Assembly (NCBI GenBank): GCA_965209055.1
Contig: OZ242374.1
Location: 1,376,001-1,440,000, forward strand
Direction: 5' to 3'
Origin: Acidobacteriota bacterium
GTDB lineage: Bacteria > Acidobacteriota > UBA6911 > RPQK01 > JAJDTT01
DNA length: 64,000 nt
Shown here: piece after piece, positions 58,792 through 64,000 of the stretch
Layout: each line of letters opens with the position of its first letter
How positions within the stretch are numbered: position 1 is the stretch's first letter
Translations under genes and position numbers: made by a program
Notes under the pieces: model-generated
Told to the model about the DNA's origin: nothing
The model's database searches: none
What the model saw: the letters and a program-made list of their open reading frames with translations, nothing else

Positions 58792-59069
58792 AACCCGCCC
58801 TCTTTTTTGCCTGAGGCGCGGGGTCCCGACCCCGGGGTCCACGCCTGCCGGAAGCCGCATTACAGCAAAGCGCGGCCACCCCCACAAGTCTCGCGTTTCG
58901 GTGGATTTTGTCCGCCCCTGGCCACCATCGTCACGGACCCGGAAAGCTTGCGGGGGAGAGAGCGTCCGCGTAATCTCTCCAATGCGTTGATGAGTTGACG
59001 GAGCCGCTGCAGACAACATTTTCAGGGCGGCGCAACGGTTCGAACCCGGATGTTTTCGGGGTGCTGTCA

Positions 59070-62000
59070 ATGAACTCGGTAGGCGAATATCTCAAGGGCA
59101 AGACACTGTTCATCACCGGAGCCACCGGCTTCCTGGGACAGTGCCTGGTCGAGAAAATCCTCTGGGCCGTGCCCGACGTCAAGCGGGTCTATGTCCTGAT
59201 CCGCCCGCGAACGAACCTGCGCGGCGCGGTCGTGACCGCCCGGATGAGATTGGAAAGGGAACTCTGCCACGCCAGTTGCTTCGACCGGCTCCGAAGCAAG
59301 CTCGGCGGCGATTTTCCGGCCTTTCTGAAAGAGAAACTGGTCCCGGTTTCGGGCGATCTGTCCAGGGACGACCTGAACATCGACGAGGAGACCCGGAAGC
59401 GCCTTCAGGGCGAAACCGATGTCGTCATCAACAGTGCCGCCGTCGTCTCCTTCGACGCCCCGCTGGATGAGGCCTACCACCTGAATGTGCTGGGCGCTCA
59501 ACGGGTCGCCCGCTTTGCCCAGTCCTGTGACGACTGTGTCCTGGTGCACGTCTCCACCGCCTATGTGTGCGGCGCCGTCGTCGGCTCTGTTCCGGAAACG
59601 ATCCCGGAGGCTCCGGCCGGGGGCGGCGAGCCCTTTCCGGCGCGCGCCTTCAGCGACGTCGACCTGGACATCGAACGCATCGAGAAAATCCTCGACTCGG
59701 TCCGCGAGCGCGCCTATGCCCCCGAACGGGAGCGGGAATTCGCGGCGGCGCTGCTGCGGAGATTCAGGCGGTCCAAGGGGGGGCGGAACGTCCGGAGGCG
59801 GGAGAAGATCGAGAACCTCCGCAAGAAGTGGATCCAGAACGAGCTCTCCCGGGAAGGGATGAGCTGGGCTCGCGAGCGGGGCTGGAACGACACCTACACC
59901 TACACCAAGTCCATCGGCGAACGGATCGTCCTGCGCACCCGGAACGGCGCTCCCACCATCATCATTCGCCCCGCCGTCATCGAGAGCGGTTTTTCGGAGC
60001 CCAGCCCCGGATGGCTCGAAGGCCTGCGCATGGCCGACCCTCTCATCGCGGCCATCGGCAAGGGCCGACTCCGGGCCCTGCCCCTGAGCCCCAAGGTCAT
60101 CATCGACCTGGTGCCCGTGGATATGGTGGTGAACGCGCTGCTGGCGGCCCTTCCCGCCGTCTCGAACGCGACCGGTGTCCAGATCTACCAGGTGGCCACC
60201 GGATCCTGCAATCCCATCACTTTGGGCTACCTCTACGATCTCATCTACCGCTATTTCAAAAGAAATCCCATGTTCGACAAGGCGGGGCGGCCCATCAACA
60301 TTCGCTACCTCCGCTTCCCGAAGCCGGCCATTTTCCGATTGCAACATCGACTCAAGGCGCTGCCGCTGAACCTGGTGTCGGGCGCCTTGGACAAGCTCTC
60401 CGCACTCGACTCGCCGGGCGGCGTCCAGCGCTACAAGCGGCGCCTTTCGGCGCTGACGGCCGCGCACGAAAAACTCTACTACTACGGAGAAATCTACGAA
60501 CCGTATCTGAACCTGAATTGCCGCTTCGGAATCGAGAACACGATGGGCCTGCTGGACACCATGTCCCAGGAGGAGCGGGAGGCCTTCAACTTCGACGTGA
60601 CGCGGCTGAACTGGCGCCACTACATTCAGAACATCCACATCCCGGGAGTCAAAAAATTCATTTTGAAGATGGAGGGAGCCGGCACGCTGGAGCCGAACGT
60701 CCAACCGTCCGGCGAAGGCGGATCGGTCTCGACCATCAACGACCTCCTCGCTTACAGCGTATCCCGATACTCCGCGAAGACCGCGCTGCAAATGCAGCGC
60801 AACGGCGAGTGGATCCGCTATACCTACTCGGATCTTCAGCGCCTGACCGCGACCGTCGGCCGGCAACTCCGGTCCGAAGGCCTCGTCAAAGGAGATCGAG
60901 TGGTGCTCTTCGCGGAGAACCAACCGGACTGGGGTGTCGCATACCTCGGGGCGGCCTCTCAAGGACTCGTCGTCGTTCCCCTCGATTCCCAGTCGTGGCA
61001 CCGTGAGGTCTGGTCCGTCGCCCGCTTCACAGGAGCCCGGGCCATCCTGGCTTCGGCACGTTCCCTCGAGCGGTTGCCCCCTGAGAGCATGGCGCGGAAT
61101 GAATCCGGCGAGGCCCCGATCCGACTCCTGAACATCAACGAGTTGGCCCAACCGTTCGGCCTCCCGCAATACCCGCGCAGCACCGGCGCCGTGGAACCCG
61201 CTTCCCCGCCCGCCGGCGGCCGCCCGGTGGAGGTCGACGCCGGGGACCCGGCTTCCATCATCTTCACCACGACCACGGCAGCCGACCCCAAGGGCGCCGT
61301 TCACACGCACTCCAGCTTCCTGAGCAATCTCCACGGCATGAACCGCTACCTGGCGGCGGAGCAGACGGATCAGATCCTGTCGGTGCTCCCTCTCTACCAT
61401 GCTCTGGAGTTCACCTGCGGCTTTCTTTCCCCCCTGTTTGGCGGCGCGACCGTCACCTACCTGCACTCCCTGAAGCCAAGAGTCATCCTGAAGACCATGA
61501 GGGACACGGGCACCACCTGCATGTTGGGCGTCCCCAGTCTCTACGCGCTGATCCGCGACGACATCAACCGGCGCACACTGCGCGCCTCAAAGTCGTCCTT
61601 GAAGTCCAACCTGGTGGCCAGGTCGCGCCAACTCAGCAAGTCCATCGACAAGACTTTCGGGAAGAACCTGGGCCGGCAGATTTTCGCCCGGGTGCACCAG
61701 GAATTCGGGGGCAGGATCCGAGCCTTCGTCAGTGGCGGCTCTTCTCTCGGAGATGAACTCTACGACGACTTCAAGGCCCTGGGGCTGACGATCTACGAGG
61801 GCTACGGGCTCACCGAGACCGCGCCGGTCCTCACGGTCAACCCGCTGAATCGAAGCCGCCGCGGCTCGGCAGGCAAGCCTTTGCCCGGGACCGAGTTGCG
61901 GATTTTTCAGGCCGACGACCGGGGAGAAGGGGAGATCATCGTCCGTACGCCCAGCCTCATGCAGGGTTACTACAAGAATCCGGAAGCGACCCGGGCCGTG

Positions 62001-63440
62001 ATGCGGGACGGCTGGTTTCACACCGGGGACCTGGGATGGGTGGACGAGGACGGATACCTCTACATCACGGGGCGCAAGAAAAACGTCATCGTCACGGGGG
62101 CCGGCAAGAACGTCTACCCCGTGGACCTGGAGGCCATCTACCGCAACGTTCCGGCCGTCGAAGACATCTGCGTGGTGGGCACTCCCAAGGGACTGACCGA
62201 AGATGTCCATGCGGTCATCGTGCCCGAGAAGGAGACGTTGCGGGAGGTGGCCGCGGCGGAATGGCCCCGGGCCATGAAGCGGGCGACTCGCGCCCTGGCC
62301 CGCCAGCTTCCGGGATATCAGCGGCTGCAGCACATTCATCTTTCGGAAACACCCCTCCCGAGGCGCGGCGACGGGTCGCTCGCCCGCGACGTGATCCTGC
62401 AGAACGTGCACCGGAGCGTCGCCCGCTCTCGAGCTCGCGGCGGCCCGGCGGCGCGGCCCCGCGGCAGTGACGTCGCCACGGCGCTGTGTCGGGAGTTGAG
62501 CCGGATCTCGGGGATTCCCTCAGCCGAAATCACGCCCGACTCCCATCTGTTCACCGACGTGGGCCTGGATTCGCTCGCCGCCATGGAGCTGCTGATTCAA
62601 CTGGAGCATCGGTTCGGCATCTCTCTGCCGGAAGAGCGGGTCGCCTCCCTGGTGAGCTTTGGCGATCTGGTCGATGCGGTCCGGGAAGGCATGGCTGCAA
62701 CTGCAGCCGGTGCGGGCGGCGCGCCCGCCGTCCGGTCCGCCTTGCCGTGGTCACAGCGCCCGTCCGTCGACCGAGCCTTCCTCGGGCTCTCCTTCTCCGC
62801 TCTGCGGCTCCTCTACGCAAGCTATTTCCGGTTGCGGCTGCGTTTTCCGGAACGTCTTCCCCGGGACGAGGCCTACATCATCGCCGCCAACCATTCCAGC
62901 CATCTCGACAGCGGCGCCATCATCGCCGCCCTGGCCGGGGCCCTGGGGACCAGGCAAGCCAAAAAGCTCCATCTTCTGGGCGCCCGCGACTACTTCTTCA
63001 ACAACGCCGTTCGCGCCTGGTTTTTCAGCACCTTTCTCAACGTGGTGCCCATCGAACGGGAGGAAACCTCGCTGGAGGGACTCCGCACCATCCAAACGAT
63101 CCTGCAGGAAGGGGAACCCGTTCTCATCTTTCCGGAGGGCACTCGATCGCGGACCGGCGAGCTTCGATCCTTCAAGCCGGGTCTCGGCCTCATCGCGCGG
63201 GAACTCAGGGTGCCGATCGTCCCCGTCCGGATCGACGGCGCCTATCAGGCGCTGCCTGCGGGCCGCACCCTTCCCCGTCCCGGACGGCTGGAAGTGACTT
63301 TCGGCAAGCCCATCAGGACCGAGCGGTATTTCGCGGACGGCGCCGAGGAGTCCCGAGTCCAGGTTTACCGAAAGATCGCCGACGACGTCCGGGAGCATGT
63401 CGTGCGCATGGGGGACGGGAACCGGAACGAACCGGTTTGA
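59070..63440 (+). CDS. ElbD-like multifunctional lipid synthase: fatty acyl reductase + acyl-CoA synthetase/adenylation + ACP + PlsC-type acyltransferase
   Basis: FAR domain: TGATGFLG, HVSTAYV, YTYTK and a sterile-like C-terminus FDVTRLNW. AMP-binding domain: GYGLTET and WFHTGDLG. ACP: GLDSLA. Acyltransferase: NHSSHLD and FPEGTRS. Domain order matches the myxobacterial ether-lipid enzyme ElbD. Confidence 0.88.
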   Translation: MNSVGEYLKGKTLFITGATGFLGQCLVEKILWAVPDVKRVYVLIRPRTNLRGAVVTARMRLERELCHASCFDRLRSKLGGDFPAFLKEKLVPVSGDLSRDDLNIDEETRKRLQGETDVVINSAAVVSFDAPLDEAYHLNVLGAQRVARFAQSCDDCVLVHVSTAYVCGAVVGSVPETIPEAPAGGGEPFPARAFSDVDLDIERIEKILDSVRERAYAPEREREFAAALLRRFRRSKGGRNVRRREKIENLRKKWIQNELSREGMSWARERGWNDTYTYTKSIGERIVLRTRNGAPTIIIRPAVIESGFSEPSPGWLEGLRMADPLIAAIGKGRLRALPLSPKVIIDLVPVDMVVNALLAALPAVSNATGVQIYQVATGSCNPITLGYLYDLIYRYFKRNPMFDKAGRPINIRYLRFPKPAIFRLQHRLKALPLNLVSGALDKLSALDSPGGVQRYKRRLSALTAAHEKLYYYGEIYEPYLNLNCRFGIENTMGLLDTMSQEEREAFNFDVTRLNWRHYIQNIHIPGVKKFILKMEGAGTLEPNVQPSGEGGSVSTINDLLAYSVSRYSAKTALQMQRNGEWIRYTYSDLQRLTATVGRQLRSEGLVKGDRVVLFAENQPDWGVAYLGAASQGLVVVPLDSQSWHREVWSVARFTGARAILASARSLERLPPESMARNESGEAPIRLLNINELAQPFGLPQYPRSTGAVEPASPPAGGRPVEVDAGDPASIIFTTTTAADPKGAVHTHSSFLSNLHGMNRYLAAEQTDQILSVLPLYHALEFTCGFLSPLFGGATVTYLHSLKPRVILKTMRDTGTTCMLGVPSLYALIRDDINRRTLRASKSSLKSNLVARSRQLSKSIDKTFGKNLGRQIFARVHQEFGGRIRAFVSGGSSLGDELYDDFKALGLTIYEGYGLTETAPVLTVNPLNRSRRGSAGKPLPGTELRIFQADDRGEGEIIVRTPSLMQGYYKNPEATRAVMRDGWFHTGDLGWVDEDGYLYITGRKKNVIVTGAGKNVYPVDLEAIYRNVPAVEDICVVGTPKGLTEDVHAVIVPEKETLREVAAAEWPRAMKRATRALARQLPGYQRLQHIHLSETPLPRRGDGSLARDVILQNVHRSVARSRARGGPAARPRGSDVATALCRELSRISGIPSAEITPDSHLFTDVGLDSLAAMELLIQLEHRFGISLPEERVASLVSFGDLVDAVREGMAATAAGAGGAPAVRSALPWSQRPSVDRAFLGLSFSALRLLYASYFRLRLRFPERLPRDEAYIIAANHSSHLDSGAIIAALAGALGTRQAKKLHLLGARDYFFNNAVRAWFFSTFLNVVPIEREETSLEGLRTIQTILQEGEPVLIFPEGTRSRTGELRSFKPGLGLIARELRVPIVPVRIDGAYQALPAGRTLPRPGRLEVTFGKPIRTERYFADGAEESRVQVYRKIADDVREHVVRMGDGNRNEPV

Positions 63441-63483
63441 CCCGGCAAGCGCGGCGCCTCTAAAATGGCGTCCTTCTCTGGCC

Positions 63484-63575
63484 GGAGAGGTGCTGGAGTG
63501 GCTGAACAGGGCTGCCTGCTAAGCAGTTACTCGGGGGAACCTGGGTCGGGGGTTCGAATCCCCCCCTCTCCGCCA
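63484..63575 (+). tRNA. tRNA-Ser (anticodon GCT)
   Basis: GGAGAGGTGCTGGAGTGGCTGAACAGGGCTGCCTGCTAAGCAGT...GGTTCGAATCCCCCCCTCTCCGCCA. Long variable arm and encoded CCA. Confidence 0.96.
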
Positions 63576-63644
63576 ACCGGACCGGCTCGATTCCTTCCGC
63601 GCCGGGCCTTTGGGGGTGCGCCCCTTCATTTTTTCCACGATTTC

Positions 63645-64000
63645 TCAGAAACGAAACACCAGCAAGAGCTGGGGCAGCACTTCGTCCGCGTCTTCAAACC
63701 CGAACTTGTTGACCCAGACATGCATTTCTATCCCGGCGAAGACGCGCCCCGGGCGCCGGGCCACCGCCTTGCCCAGGTCCAGGCGCAACTGGGGTTGAAG
63801 GAGGATCCAATGGGGCGCGCGGAACCCGAACTCGGTGTCTCGCGGACTCAGCCATTCCCCGTGCCCTTCGAACGAAAATGAGGCGCCGCCGATCTCGAAG
63901 GGGAGACCCCAGTTGAAATCGACCAGGTGGCTGTTGCCTTCTTTTGGTGCTCCGCCGGCCGCCACCCCCTGGTTGCGATCCACCAGATAGACGTAGTCGA
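63645..64000 (-). CDS. 3' end of an outer-membrane beta-barrel protein (Tsx nucleoside-channel-like), truncated by window edge
   Basis: Frame is open to the edge. Alternating beta-strand pattern, PQLRLDLG, WVNKFG and a C-terminal Phe. Confidence 0.6.
   Translation of the reverse strand, partial: DYVYLVDRNQGVAAGGAPKEGNSHLVDFNWGLPFEIGGASFSFEGHGEWLSPRDTEFGFRAPHWILLQPQLRLDLGKAVARRPGRVFAGIEMHVWVNKFGFEDADEVLPQLLLVFRF

Noticed and set aside
58792-59069. Riboswitch upstream of the ElbD-like gene
   Set aside because: Hairpins are present but do not match any riboswitch consensus I recognise.
53117-63575. F420 + ElbD block as a tRNA-anchored genomic island
   Set aside because: Both flanking tRNAs face the block with their 5' ends, and I saw no integrase, no att duplication and no evident compositional shift.
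1-64000. CRISPR arrays, rRNA, transposases, prophage or defence genes, in-frame UGA selenoproteins
   Set aside because: I saw no regularly spaced direct repeats or relevant motifs, and the recognised genes appear full-length.

Overview
This is a high-GC bacterial chromosomal window, most likely Acidobacteriota. That assignment is inferred from an acidobacterial-type VWA protein and a small lineage-type protein before mnmG. A secreted ankyrin-repeat protein hints at a host-associated lifestyle. Most of the window is housekeeping: gltX-GT2-pdxJ-rsmI, argCDB, mreBCD-mrdA-rodA-rng-mazG...ribF-gatCA, ppiD, glmS, a complete SUF operon, moeA-moaC, a methylmalonyl-CoA mutase large subunit, and a rearranged origin-type cluster (mnmG-rsmG-parS-parAB converging on rpmH-rnpA-yidD-yidC-jag-mnmE, with no dnaA). 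Three tRNAs are present: Leu-TAA, Sec-TCA and Ser-GCT. Three signals stand out. (1) An uncharacterised P-loop/DUF1611-like gene heads an ARG-box-controlled argC-argD-argB operon that has no argA or argJ, making it a candidate new N-acetylglutamate synthase. (2) A clustered coenzyme F420 pathway (cofG, cofH, npdG, cofD, cofC, short cofE) has no dehydro-F420 reductase. (3) A stand-alone ElbD-like four-domain ether-lipid synthase with a degenerate adenylation P-loop is transcribed divergently from the F420 genes. I saw no CRISPR array, rRNA, integrase or transposase. All family calls come from motif recognition by eye, not from database searches.
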